64,000 nt of DNA from assembly GCF_009834535.1 (NCBI RefSeq), contig NC_045697.1, positions 115,260,001-115,324,000 of the forward strand. Direction: 5' to 3'. Source of the DNA: Camelus ferus (lineage: Eukaryota). Shown here one piece after another: positions 25,423 through 38,524 of this stretch. Position numbers and translations under genes: made by a program. How positions within the stretch are numbered: position 1 is the first letter of the stretch; each line of letters begins with the position of its first letter. The notes below the pieces were generated by a model. That model searched no databases, was not told where the DNA came from, and saw only the letters and a program-made list of their open reading frames with translations.

Positions 25423-28400
25423 AAGTACACCCCCTTTTATTTCTTCCTGAGTCGACTGGTCTTGGGAAACACCTGATGAAGATACAGATGTAGACTGAGA
25501 GAGTGGAAGCAATGTAGTAGCGATACGTTTCATGGGCATTTGGATCACTTGCTCTTGCAACAGAATTATGCCCGTGATGTGCCGTGTGTATTTATGCCAC
25601 TAGAACTTGCTTGAGTCTATTATCATTTGATCCTGGAGTAACACAGTGCATGCTCGGCTTCATGACACAGTGGGGCTACTATGAACTGATGAATGTGCGG
25701 TCCTCCATAAACCTCTCACTGGTGGACCACAGGAATTTGGAGTTCTAGACATTAGTGACAGTTGAGAACAAGCGTCCAGTCACCTCCCCAAAGTTTGATT
25801 ATGTCCCTTTCCCCAATGATCTGTCACCCTAGAACATGGCCAGGGTACCTTTGGATAAAAGCTACATTTTCACAATTTTGTAAATTATAAATATAAATAA
25901 ACACTTTGCAGTGTAGCAGGAACCTCCCTCAAGGATCAACTAGCCAAAATCAGTGATCTCCACTGGACAGATTATTCTGATTATGGCTTCTACTCTGCCA
26001 CCTATTGTGATAACCCTCTGCATCTTGTCTCTGGCAATTAAATACCATAACTTGGTCACTAACACCCTAAAATACCACCTTACCTAATGAATTATAGGAA
26101 CTCAGTGGACTGGATATGTTTATCCCAGTGTCTTTTCAGACCGAACAGGGAGCTTTTCAACAATGCCAGGTTCTTCTCACAAACTTTCTTATGTCCTGTT
26201 TTATTTCTTACAGCTTTGATAAAGGTAATGTCCTCTGGAAACTCTCCTATGACCAGCTAGGGAATAAATGAGCAGTTTTCAAGTGATGAATCTGCTATAG
26301 CAAGCCAGTCTTCTTGTGCATTTGGGCACCTCCTTTTATAGTATTCCAAGGAAATCATGCTATTTCCATTTTATTCAGTACAGGTCTCCTTTGAGTCCAT
26401 GTTTCAATCACACAAACTAAAAATCTCTTAGAGTCTCTCCTGATTGCTAGAGCTGTTACAGGGAATCAGAGTATCTGCCAACACATGTGACTTGATCCAA
26501 CATTATTTTATTTCTCCCCCATTCACCCTTAGAAATCATTGAGATAAGCTGGAAAAAATCTTATACTCTTTTGACTCTTCTCCCAGGATTAAATTTATAA
26601 CCTATTACCTGGAGACTTCAAGTATGACTCTAGTTTAGTTCTAGAAGCAATGAGAGCTGGTGGGCATAGTCCTTAGGAAAACCAGCAATTACTTTGGTGA
26701 CAGTTGGTTCTTCAGGCAAGGAGACCACACCCCTCAGGGGAGGAAAGCCATTCCTATGTTTGTAAGAATTCACCTGTGTGCCTGCTTTCCACTATTTAGT
26801 GTCCCACTCCTATCTAATCAATGCCTTAACTTTAACATAATGTAACAGCCCTGTGAGATTGTAAATTTAATTTGCATTGCAATTTAACTACTCATAAGAT
26901 TAGATGGTGGCTTTGACATTCATAATCTCTGTCTACAAAGGATACAGATTTCTTCTAAAGTCATCACAAATTTTTCTGATCACTTTCCCAGACCTCTAGT
27001 TGTAAATTTAAAGCCCTGAGCTAATTACACTCCTTTTTCCCGTAAATGCTGCAGCACAATTTGAAACCAATGAATGACATCACAGTCCTTATTTTCACTA
27101 AAATATTTCCAGTGGTAACATCTTGTCACCGTAAGCCTTGCCTTCTACAAATATTTTGTTACAAGAGTTTAATTTAAGTCTGATTATTTAAGTGACTGTT
27201 TTGCCAAAGCTTTCCATGGGCTTCCAGCCCACTTAACCGAAACAACAGTGCCATTAATGCCATTAGAGTTGGTCATATCAGGGAAATATTTCAGAGAGCC
27301 CTTCCTGAAGGTTGTGTTTCTGGGAACCACTTGGAGGACTAGTGATTGATCAAGGATGCAAAAATAATATAAGTGACACAAAATTAAGGCTCTGTTTTTG
27401 TTTTCAGCCTTTCTACGATTGTGGGAGCATGTGACAAATTGTATGGCAGGTTCTTGCCTCTCCATGTAACAGGGGGTCTGAAGTAACTGGAAGGTAAGAA
27501 GTCAGTAAAAATGAAGTGGAGGAGAGCAAGAACACCCTTTAACCCATGAGAACAACCCACAATCTATAAGCTGCCAACCTTGATTAAAGAAACCACCGTC
27601 TAGTAATTGCTCTGTGCACACCTGGCTTGGCCCAGAACTGGTCCACAAAGTGATCCAGCAGGTAAGTGACAATGCACCTGAGACACAGTGACAGCAGGTA
27701 CCCTCCATCAGTCTTCACAATACAACGGATGCTGCTTCACTCCCACCTTCCAAATTCTGCACCAGTTCCTTCAGTTGCCAACTGTAGTTCAGATCCCTAC
27801 AGGAAAGTGGTTTCTGGCAAAATTAATTCCAGTTTAACTAAGCTGACAGAGCACAAGTCCGCCACAGCCTACACCAGACATCACTGCATTTGCATTCTAA
27901 ATGCCCACCTCCTTTGCCTCAAGCATCTTTAAAGGCCAAGACAACATCTTGTCTATTAGTGTATCTTTATCACATAATCTTATAGAATAAAATACATAAG
28001 ACCCTAAATAGATGTGTTATATAAAAAATGGAATTAATGTTGCCAGTGAAAAGGGCATTTGTTTTTTGAGTGAAAAATAAATTGAGATGAGTAAAGACAG
28101 TGAAAACGACAGAACGCAGAATGTGTTTAAGAATCAGCGAGCATAGCAGTTCAGTCACGGGTAGGGTTAATACATAGAAAAAAGAAACATGATTTTGGAA
28201 ATATGGTTAAAAAACATTGTGAACGGCTTTCAATGGCACACCTTGGGATGTTGAACCCATGTAAGTCATAGTTCAATGGATAATGTAACTTCTTTCAAAG
28301 ACAGTTAGATTGAAGCATTCCTGCATTCATGAATAAATATGTCTTCTCGATCAAAAGACATTAAAAGTTGCTTTATCCAATATTAATTAAGCCCAGGAGA

Positions 28401-28989
28401 TTTGCTTTTATGTGTCCCTTAAATAACAACATAATTTTTAAGCCTTCTTTATATGCTCTGGGCTTTAAGTTTTGCTAATATACTCATCAGAGATGTCAAA
28501 TTCTTCATTCTTTTTTCTAGTCCTCATTGGAGAGGTTATAATTTAATTTGAAGTAGTATATTTTAATTAATTAATTTATTTATAAGATATTTTCTGTCTA
28601 GGGAACCCCACATATTTGTATCTACTGCTTTAAAAAAATATTCAGATATTTCAGTTAACACAGTGATACACCAACAAGCAATATCTTTTAAATCACAACT
28701 ATTTGGGCCTACCCCCATATTACTAACAGATAATTTATTTTAAAGGTATGTATAGCTATTTAAATTCCCAATCCCCAAAGTTAGTGTAGAGTCATGCTCC
28801 AATGGAAGTCACCACCACCACCACCACGCTGACCTCAGTAAGGGCCTATCTTTCTTCCTCCTAGGTAAGGAGGCTTCCTATGATTATGCTGAAATATCTA
28901 AAACCAGTTTGAAAAGATGGTTTTGTTAAATCATGGAAGAAGCTCTCTGTGCTTGTCATTAGCTTACTTATTTCCAGGTTCATTGCTTA

Positions 28990-29475
28990 CCTTTCTGTTG
29001 CAAGCTACCTGTCAAAGGCTTCCTTGCTCACTGGCTTCCTGATAGATTTGGTCAGTGGGAGGCAGTTGTAGAAGATTTGAGGGAAGGAAGGGGAGAAGAA
29101 AGAAAACAGGAACAATAAAGAGAAACCAAAGGTATTTCTCCCCATTTCTCTCTGCCTCCGGCGGTGGGTCTAGCAGTGGCTCCCTGTGATTTTGGTGCCC
29201 TCCTTTTGTGGTACTGGTCCCTGTAAGGTAGCACTGTTTTGGGTCAAGCTCAATCCAGTATCCTGTGGTTTCTTATTTCCCTGCTGTGTCCGGCCCGCCC
29301 TGGGAATGGTGGCATCTTCTGTGGCTAATCTCTGGGTTGTACCATCTACTGTTGTAATCCTCAGCTTCTCCATAAACCTATTTTTTTTAGCTTTAACTAA
29401 TTCCTTGAATTAAATCCCCTAGGCTTGAACCATCTGAAGTAGTCTCCACTTTCCTAAGTGGACCTTCACTGATAT
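28990..29475 (+). mobile_element. Ancient ERVL-class LTR (LTR33/LTR16-like)
   Basis: Ends attaaatcccctaggcttgaaccatctgaagtagtctccactttcctaagtggaccttcactgata. Confidence 0.5.
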
Positions 29476-29983
29476 ACATTCTTATCTGACAATAATTAAA
29501 GTTAAGTATAGATTTTTCTAGCTGAGAACTTTTCCTCCTTTCTTTACATTTAAGCTCTACATCTTCTGTCAACCATTCCTTGCTAACAGCAAACACAAGA
29601 GGAATGAAGACTCCATTAGTCCAAGTTCAGATGTACAAAACATTTTCTAATGAGTATCATGATTTTCAAAGGCATAGTTTATGTTATTAAGCAGAATAGT
29701 CATCCTGGTCTTAAACACTTGTTCTTGGATTCCTTTACTTCATTCTCCTTTTATGGGCTTAATTAAGGGTTCACTAAAGTGTTTTCCATTTCAGATTCAC
29801 CTCTTAGAAGAAATTTACTCCTAAAGTAAAATCTCATTTTGATCCAAAAAGGAAAAAAAAATATGATAATTTGTATCATTATAGTTTTTGTCTTGTCCCT
29901 TAAACAAAGCAACAAAATAAAAACACCCAGTCACATACATAATTTTGGTCAAAACATAGGGCAACATTTATATATAAACACAA

Positions 29984-29985
<2 letters not shown>

Positions 29986-30014
<29 letters not shown>
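29986..30014. repeat. (AC)n microsatellite
   Basis: About 14 AC units read directly. Confidence 0.95.
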
Positions 30015-30016
<2 letters not shown>

Positions 30017-30246
30017 AATATATAGATAGATCGATCTGAACATTTGCTTCCTTTTGTATAATAGTTTCAAAAAATTAAGAAAGTAAGCTAATACTATAAC
30101 AGTAAACTTCCTCTATGCTATTTGCTCCTGTTATTACAGTTCTGTATTTTTAATGTGCGCTTAGAGCCACACTTGGGGTTTACTCAGAGGATGTTTCACC
30201 ATATCATAAATCAACAAACCAGGAAAAATAAAGGCTGTTCCACTTT

Positions 30247-30717
30247 TGCTACTGAGTCCAAGCTTGTACTGTTCACTGAAGAACAGGCCTTTAAATAGAT
30301 GGTCAGATTGTTGGGGCAAAGAATAGTGACTTTATTCAGAAAGCCAGAGACCAAGAAGGTGGTGGATTAGTGTCCCAAAGAACCATCTTGCCCGAGCGAG
30401 AATTCAGGCTTCTTTCATACTAAAAGGAAAGCGAGTAAAATCAACATGTCCTGTTTCTGGTCAGCCTCTAGGATATGTTAATTTCTTCCTTCTGGCAATC
30501 ATTCACAAGTGAGCCTGGTCAGAGTGTTTCTCAAATGTATTTGAGCTTAATGCTCATTACCTGGGAGGCAGGGTTCCCAGCGATGCACCATTATGCATAG
30601 TTTAAGCATATAGGCAACCTCCCTTTGGTGATTAACTCAAAGCAAAAGCAATAGAATTCAAAGGTTAAAGTAAAAGAAACATTCAATATGGAGTCAGATC
30701 TGTTCTTCCCTATTACA
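30247..30717 (-). mobile_element. ERV1 solo LTR, MER41-like cetartiodactyl family
   Basis: Minus strand starts TGTAATAGGGAAGAACAGATCTGACTCCATATTG, contains AATAAAGTCACTATT, and ends AGTAGCA; collinear with 55543-56255. Confidence 0.85.
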
Positions 30718-31249
30718 ATATGATAAGGTATTCAAATAGTGCATGGCATAAATTTTCCTATTCTGGTATACTGTAAGAAGGAGAATTTCCAAAATGCTTG
30801 ACTTAATGGTAAAGAAACTTTAACTTTTTGTAGTAATTAATGTAACTGTTTCCCTTTTGGTACCAGCCCACCAAGTGTACTATTGGGAATGATGCTCCTG
30901 GAGATTTTATTCAATTATTTTTATGCTCCTTTTACCTTCCTATCTGCTCCCACAGGTGCCTCTGTTTTCTCACATGCTCTTCTGGTCCTACAGATACTGG
31001 TGTCTCCGTGTTTCAGTCCACTGATTTGACTCACCTGTTCTTGCACCTCAGCTGCCGTATACTTAACCTCTTAAATATGTTAACACCAAACAATGAAAAA
31101 ATATAGAATCACAAATTATTTCTTCATTATTTTACAGGACAGAGAGAGAAGAAAATTTTTCTTTTAAAATTCTTGTTTCAAGGACATTGTCAAGTCTTGG
31201 TAATCCCTTCATAAATAGGCTAAAATATTAATGTGTATCATACGTAAGT

Positions 31250-31940
31250 TACCATTTATATGTGCTAACACTATAGAGCCAAGACTTTCATGAAGCTTGT
31301 GTTCTATTTCTGAGAGACAAAAATGAACAAGTTAGCACTATTATTTCAGAGTACAATGATCACTATTAAAAATGTTGTAAGAATAGATGAAGAATAACTG
31401 AAGGTGTGATGAAAGAGGGCAACTTAAGACATGCCGTCTCCAGAAGCCACATTTTGCACCAAGGCAAAGAATGAGAAAGGGCCAGGCTTTCAAAGATCTG
31501 GGCAATACAGGCTCTTGACAGAGAAGGAAAGCTTGGAGTGTGACAGAAACAGAATAAATGTCAGGATGGCAAAGACACAGTAGTGAAAGGAAAATGTTGT
31601 ACAATAGAAAATCTTGACAGTAGGCTGAAAGCAGACCCTCCAGCACTCAGACGTGCATTAAGAGTTTGGATATTTTTCCTAAGTATCATGGGAAGTAATG
31701 GACAGACTTTATCTGTGGTAGTGATATAACCCAGTTTAATGGTAGATGGAAGACAAATAAAGAGGTTATTAATTGCAGAATTCTAGATAAGCTATCTAGG
31801 GATTGTACTGTAGTGGTGACAATTAAGATAAGGAAAATAGATGGATTTAAATTTTATTTCTGGAGTAAACTTTATAGGTCTTGTTCATGGATAAGAAGAG
31901 GGTCAGTAAGCATCTGTGAGAAATAAAGAAATAGTTGTTA
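31250..31940 (-). mobile_element. L2 LINE fragment
   Basis: ctttcatgaagcttgtgttctatttctgagagacaaaaatgaacaag; gagtttggatatttttcctaagtatcatgggaag; gaaaatagatggatttaaat. Confidence 0.68.
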
Positions 31941-32449
31941 AATTACAGATAATAGCATTATTAGATCTTGTTCTTGTTCTCTTACACTGCATTTAATATT
32001 TTCATGTGTTCTCTCTCAATATCTATGCAAAGTAACCTCTTCCCATTAACCACTAAAGTATACATCCATGAATATATTTTTCCATTTGATTATTATGCAT
32101 TTCCTGCATATTAGATTATTTTCTTTCACATTTTATAGCAAATCCTGTGATGCAAGTCCAATTTGAGACAATGAACAAAGTATCAAAAATAAAGCCAATT
32201 TCAATAAATATAAAGTAATTATCTTGGTGAGATATCTTATGGTTATGGCATTTTATAGAACATCCTTAAATTCAAAATTTCACACTCCATAGCAACACAT
32301 GTCTTATAGGATGAAAAATCTAGAAAATGGTGATTAAGAATCTGACAAGACAAAATTAAGACTAACTTATTAATGGATCAATAAAACTTTTTAACTCTAA
32401 AAAAAACGGATCAAAAATAAAATAAATGGAGTCTATACAAATGGCTTTT

Positions 32450-32710
32450 TTATTTTATTTTTTATTGACGTGTAGTTGATTTACAATGTCAGTTTCAGGT
32501 TTACAGCAAAGGGATTCAGTTATACATATACATATATATTTTTTCCAGATTCTTTTCCATTCTATGTTATCACAAGAAACAGAATACAGTTCTCTGTACT
32601 ACATAGTGGGTCCTTGTTGTTTATCTGTTTTGTGTACAGTACTGTGTATCTGTTAATCCCCAACTCCTAATTTATCCTTCCCCCACCCTCTTCCCTTTGG
32701 TAGCTATAGC
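32450..32710 (-). mobile_element. Short L1 3' end
   Basis: Poly(T) plus ttattgacgtgtagttgatttacaatg...; TSD acaaatggctttt (32437-32449) / acaaatgactttt (32711-32723). Confidence 0.92.
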
Positions 32711-33869
32711 ACAAATGACTTTTAATGCAAATATTTCTTAGGATTTGAGGCACTTTTAATTAAAATAATTGCATATAGAAGAAAACAAAATGGTTCAAAG
32801 GAAGTTGTGAGCAATGGAGTAATGGCTATGTAGCATTAAGAATGTAACTGCACTCAAGACAGCCAGCTGAGTAATGAACCTGGTTGATTAGTATATGTCA
32901 GAATTCATAACTATTGTCAAGAATAAAAAAGAGAAATAAAAACATCACCATTCATAATGCTAAGTATGATCAAGCTTCAAGGTCTAAAGATGGAAGAAAA
33001 AACTAATTTGCAGCCATCATTATTTTAGAAACAATGACATTATTCAAAATTAGCTATTTTAACAAATATGCCTCTTTTTTGTTCTCTTTGACCACATTCT
33101 TTAGTCTGAAAGCTCTTAAGTTATATCACTGGGGTCTTCTGCATTCATATTATCTGCTTCAGCATTTCACATACTTCTTGACTCACAATCAATGTTGCAA
33201 TAATAGTGGGAACTCAACACTTTGTTACCTTGTTTTGTTACTTAATTATTTTTGCAAGGTATATATAAAATGGCATTTTTCCCTATCCTGATTCTAGCCT
33301 TGGTTAACAAAATATCAAAATTATTATGTCTTAATTTCAGCATCCATAGATTACTTAGACTCTGTCTTCACTTTTTTCTCCATGAATAGAAAATAAGATT
33401 GCCTTGGCAATTTTGCTGTTAAAGGATGCCTACAGATTCTGCATAAGAAATTTTGGTACAATTTAATGAAAAGGCAGGAAACTACTTATGCTGCAACTAG
33501 ACAGAATAATGATCATGTAGCTCTCTCTTTCATTAATACATTTTGATTATAGCATAACATGAATATCCAAACATCTCTCACAGCTCCTGAAGCATAGTGA
33601 TTACACACAGACCAAAGCAAAATGTGTGGGATATTCCTTCCTTCACGTGCAATAACATACAATGGAATGAAAAAAAAAATGGTCTGAACAATTGGCAACA
33701 ATACTCCTTTTCAAAGAGGTAAAAAACATGATTAAAAAAAAAAAGACAAGTGAATAAACAAAATCTTAATAAACCTTTCTCTCACATGCAGTAAAAAGTG
33801 AAAATCCTTGAGTCACAGGATGGAAGGAGAAAAGATAAAGGCAACCATTCTATAGAAAAGTTAACACAA

Positions 33870-34070
33870 GTTTCTCACTTTCTCATCTTGTGACTTTAAA
33901 TACATTATTTCATCTATCTAGGTTGGATCCATCATTTGTAAAGTATCTGGAATTCTTGTACCTAATTGATGGAATTGTGTGAGAAATAAATGAGGAAATA
34001 AGTCAGAGCACTAAAAAATAGTACCTGACACAGAAAAAAAGTGCCCAGTAAATACTGGCTATCATTAATA
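33870..34070 (+). mobile_element. MIR SINE
   Basis: catcatttgtaaagt...gtgtgagaaataaatgag...agtacctgacacag...agtaaatactggctatcatta (MIR core and tail). Confidence 0.7.
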
Positions 34071-35004
34071 AACAGTGAACACTCAGCCTTCTCCCCTCAC
34101 CCAACTCCAAGAACTCCCAGAACAAACATGCCAGGCTAATTAATACCCTTTGGGCAGATGCAAGTCATCTTCACTTGGAGTAAGAAATTGCCTCAGAGAA
34201 AAGACCTCAATATACTTTTATTTTGGTCTTCCAAGCATAACAGCTCTGACAGACCATCCTTTAATCAAGTTCTCAGTCAATAAGGAAACTTGCACACATG
34301 GTGATGCTTTTCAATGCATAATTCTTAAATATGTTAGGATAGCTAAGGAATCCCAAGCACTGGAGGAAAATAAAATCTAATAACAAGACAGAAAGCAAAA
34401 GAGGCAAAGAGAAAATAGTACCTTGTAGAAAATATATAAAGGCAGGGAAGGAATATTTGAAGGTCATTATCACTGGCATAACCTTTAAGAGCTGAGACAG
34501 CTTTGCATCTATGAATAAAGAACAGGTGGGTGCTATAAAGAAAAACATTTATAAGAAAGAAAGAGCACTTGAAATTAAAAAACATAACAGTAAAAATATA
34601 AATTCAATAGAAATATTGGGAAATAAAGATGAGGAAGTAAAACAAAAGTGTGAAAAAAGATGAAAAATGGTAGAATGCATATATGAAAGTTTGAGAACTA
34701 GCCTGGAAGGACTAAGCTTTAAATAATAAAAGTTCTTTGAAAAAAAAAGGAAAAGAACACTGAAAATGGGAGGGAGAAAATGCTGGAGAAATTATTCAAT
34801 AAAGTTTTCAGACGTAAAAAATCTTTTCATGATGGAAAGGACCAACAAAATATCCAGAACAGTAAGGAAAAATGGATCCAAATTAAGACATACATTTGTG
34901 AATTTTAGAACATTCAGAATGATGGAGAAGAAATCTTAATGGTTCAGAGAGAAAAAAAAACATTACAAGGAAAGGATCCAGGAGGAATAAGACATCCATA
35001 TTCG

Positions 35005-35505
35005 TGTTACCAAGTCCAAATGCATGGCCACACAACTGGCCAGTAAATCAGGAGATGAGGTGTTGGAGCAAGGAATAACAACTTTATTTAGAAAGTCATT
35101 GGGAGACCAATGTCCTAGACAGCCATCTCACCCAAGTCAGAATTCAAGCTTCTTTCATACTGAAAGAAAAGACTTTGTGACTGGTTGTTGCAAACTTCTT
35201 GGTGTCAGAATCCTTTGTTCTTGCAGCCGTCCACGTGGGTCAGGTCATGATGTCCCTGTAAACCTCCAACACAGACAAATGTTACTCTCTGTTCTGCAAC
35301 TTTTTATCTCTATATGAATGGGAAAGTGTTACACTCTTAAAGGTTGGAGCCTTGAGGATGGGCTCTCCTGTCTATTTCAGGCTCTAGGCAACATTCTTTT
35401 ACAAAAGATGCAGAACCAGCATGACTCAGCACAGGAAACAGAGCACAGGGTTAGGGCCAAAGGAATAGATTTCATATGGAGTCAGGTTTGTTCTTCCCTA
35501 TTACA
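35005..35505 (-). mobile_element. ERV1 solo LTR, MER41-like (variant subfamily)
   Basis: Minus strand TGTAATAGGGAAGAACAAACCTGACTCCATATG...TTGGTAACA; near-TSD ttcg/ttct; HAL1 sequence resumes on both sides. Confidence 0.85.
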
Positions 35506-35829
35506 TTCTCAACTGCAACACTGAAAGCTAAAAAACACTTAAATGATGTCTCAAACTTCTTTGAAATAAAATTTATGTCTAGTTTAAATGTGAAAATAGA
35601 TTAAATAAATACATTTTTATAAACTTGGTGTCTCAGTTAATGCTTCTACCCCCAAATCTATCTCAGCAAGTACTAGAATATACACTTCACCAAAATAGGA
35701 GAGTAAATTAAAAAAAAAAAGAAGAAACAGGAGATCCAGGTAATAGAAAAATTCTCATTAAAAAGATGAAAAAATTCCAATAATAAAAGGAGATCCCAAG
35801 ATCTACCAACAAAACTAGAAAATTTCCCA

Positions 35830-36240
35830 TACACATATACATATATATACTAGAATGTATATATACATATATACACACATATATGTATTACACACACATA
35901 TACACATGTGTATATGGATATACGCATGTATATATGTATATATATGCACATATAATTTATATATACTATTAGTGCATAATTTATATATTTATAAGTTATT
36001 GATATGAATATATAAATTATTATATAATATAAATATTTTATATTCATACATAAATTATATATTAGTCACATATAACTTATATAATTAAATATAATATATG
36101 TAACCATATATAATCAATATAGATAATGATATATAAAGATATATTTGATAATTTATATAGACATAAATTATATATAATTTATATATAATGTTCATATATA
36201 ATTATCTATTATTAAACGCATATAAATGCATATAATTCCT
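35830..36240. repeat. Degenerate (TA)n/(CATA)n low-complexity tract
   Basis: Read directly. Confidence 0.9.
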
Positions 36241-36593
36241 AATAATGTAAATACCAAATGATCACTTATCCCAAATCATAATGGAATGTTTGGGCACTGG
36301 AAATTAATGTAATGAAAAAAGGGAATAAAATTAGCAAATTTCATCTTTTAAAGTGAAACACCTTGGGAAAAAGTGCCTAAAATGGAAAAATAAGGAAAGA
36401 GTGTTATAAAAATATTGTCTAGAATAGTGAGAGTAGAAACCTTTAGTATTTGCTAAAAGGTTTGAAAGCATTTGCCTCTGGGGAGCAAAAAACAAGGGGG
36501 AGGGAATGGATAATAGGTACTCTCCCTTTTTTAATAATGAGCCTTATACAATTATTTATTTATTATTTCTTCTTTGAAGGGAATGTAGACCAT

Positions 36594-36755
36594 TGCATTT
36601 GTCAAGGTTCTCCAGAGAAACAGAACCAACAGAACAGCAGCATACGCACATGTACATGTGTGCCTCTATCCATATCTATCTGTCCATCTGTCTAGAGATG
36701 TATTTTAAGCAATTGGCTCACATTATTGTGGGGGCTGGTATGTTCAAAATCTGCA
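36594..36755 (-). mobile_element. MLT2 LTR fragment
   Basis: gtcaaggttctccagagaaacagaaccaacagaa...tattttaagcaattggctcacattattgtgggggctgg. Confidence 0.8.
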
Positions 36756-38368
36756 TCTGGGGGTAATGGACTTTTTATGAAATTATCTTTTCTGTCTTGG
36801 AGCACAGCACAAATCTCCTTGCATACTAAGCAAGCAATTCACAAGGGTTTCCCAGATTTGACTATCTGATGGTTTAGCAAAATTTAAAAGCAAAGCACTT
36901 GCTTACTACCATGGAATAAATGTTTCACGCTGTGAAAAAAATCATAATATTACAAAAATGAGATTTACCCCTACCTTTTAAAGGATATTATCTTAGAATA
37001 CAAACATTAACCTCGTTCAGTGTTAAAAAAAAAATGTACTAATGTATTTGTAATTTGCTTATGTTCTTTCTGAGTATTGAGTAAAATCCCATCAGAAACT
37101 GCCCCAGTGCTTCAGAGAAAAGTTGAAAATCCTTGCACCAGAACATGGGTGAACCACCCACTCAACTAAAACGGCCTAAAAATAGCCAGGCTAAATTAGG
37201 GTCCTCCACGATTAAACAGAGTATTAGTTATCTCACTCATAGATCAAAAAGGAAAGTTTATTTTTAATTACCCAATCCTCACGTGAAAACTTTATTTAAT
37301 TTGTTGCTGCTAGAATTTAATTGCCTACATCTAATGTTTTCAAAATATGAGTTTCTCAGATAAGCTTGCCACAGCTTTCTGGAACGTGACTTTTCACTAG
37401 AGGTTTTGAGTACAAAGATTGGAATGAACCAGAAAATGATCATTTAATGCATATTTGCAAAATACTGCATTTATATAAAATATATATAAATATTTCCTCA
37501 GATTATTTTCATATATACCTGGGAGAGGAGTGATGTGGGGGAGAAGGTATGTACCAAAGTCATTCTTTTTTGCCAATAAGTGTATTTTGACAGAAATATC
37601 TGAGAAATATTGCACTTAATTCCAAATTTAAAAATTACATCTTTAATTATATCTTTATAAAGAAAACTGGGGCATATAAACCTTTCTGTTAAAGTACATG
37701 CACCCAAACATATGCTATGCATTTAGTAAATATAAAAGTATTTTTCATTCAAATTTTTCCTTAATATAATTGGTGAGTTTAATTTGCACTTTCATTCAAA
37801 ACCTAAAAACTATATTGAACTTACTCAAATATCTTACTTTTGAATTGGAAAAACATTTTTAAATGTTTAAATCTCAATACTGGTATACATTTATTCTAGA
37901 TAAATAGTTTAGATTTATCCAGATAATTTAACATTTTGTCTACTGTGTTGTTATTTATTCTCTGGTCTGATTTTAAACTGTGGGAATAACTTAGTTTAGG
38001 ATTTTCAAATTTCATACACTAAGTAGAGAGAACACTTTATCAGCCCAGATAAAAAATTGCATTAGGGAAATAATTACAAACATTGGACTGACAATCTGCA
38101 GGTTTGAAGGTTCAGGTTACCAAGTAGACATGGTTATTAGAGAAATTAATAGACCCTGAAAGTGTTCACAGAAAACCTAGTTACGTAGCAAATCAAGAAG
38201 CCCACAAGATCCGTCTCTAGGCTGTAAGAAGTATAATGTAATTTTTTGTCAAAAAGGAGCACAGCCCGTGTTTCATAACTGCTTAACAATTGTCAGACCA
38301 CACCAGGTATAATTCCTAATTTCCTAAAAACACTTACTTCACCTCCCACTTTAAAATAGTATAAAGCA

Positions 38369-38524
38369 GGGGGAAGGTACAGCTCAAGAGGTGGAACACA
38401 CGCTTAGCATGCACAGGTCCCGGGTTCAATCCCCAGTACCTCCTCCAAAAATAAATAAATAAGTAACTAAACCTAATTAGCTCCCCCCTAAAAAAATAAA
38501 ATAAATAAAATAAATAAAAATAAA
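38369..38524 (+). mobile_element. tRNA-Ala-derived SINE, vic-1-like (camelid)
   Basis: ggggggaaggtacagctcaagaggtgg..gcttagcatgc..gggttcaatccccagtacc; TSD taaaatagtataaagca (38352-38368) / taaaatagaataaagca (38525-38541) at a TT|AAAA site. Confidence 0.9.

Larger units (their letters stand above)
22970..27866 (-). mobile_element. Degenerate ERV-L provirus with two MLT2-like LTRs
   Basis: 3' LTR at about 22970-23261, with PPT aaggggtggag immediately upstream on the minus strand; 5' LTR at about 27345-27866; the two share the terminus ttctggSaaa..ttcca..ctaagYt.aca.ag.ac....caca; internal pol/gag remnants. Confidence 0.8.
34230..36590 (+). mobile_element. HAL1 (ORF1-only L1 relative), interrupted by an LTR and an AT-rich tract
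   Basis: aagaacaggtgggtgctataaagaaaaac..gagcacttgaaattaaaaa..aattcaatagaa; ttctcaactgcaacactgaaagcta; HAL1-like 3' end tttgcctctggggagc. Confidence 0.7.

Noticed and set aside
35830..36240. Long AT-rich self-complementary tract with a 65-aa ORF
   Set aside because: Decayed TA microsatellite; the ORF and hairpin potential are low-complexity artefacts.
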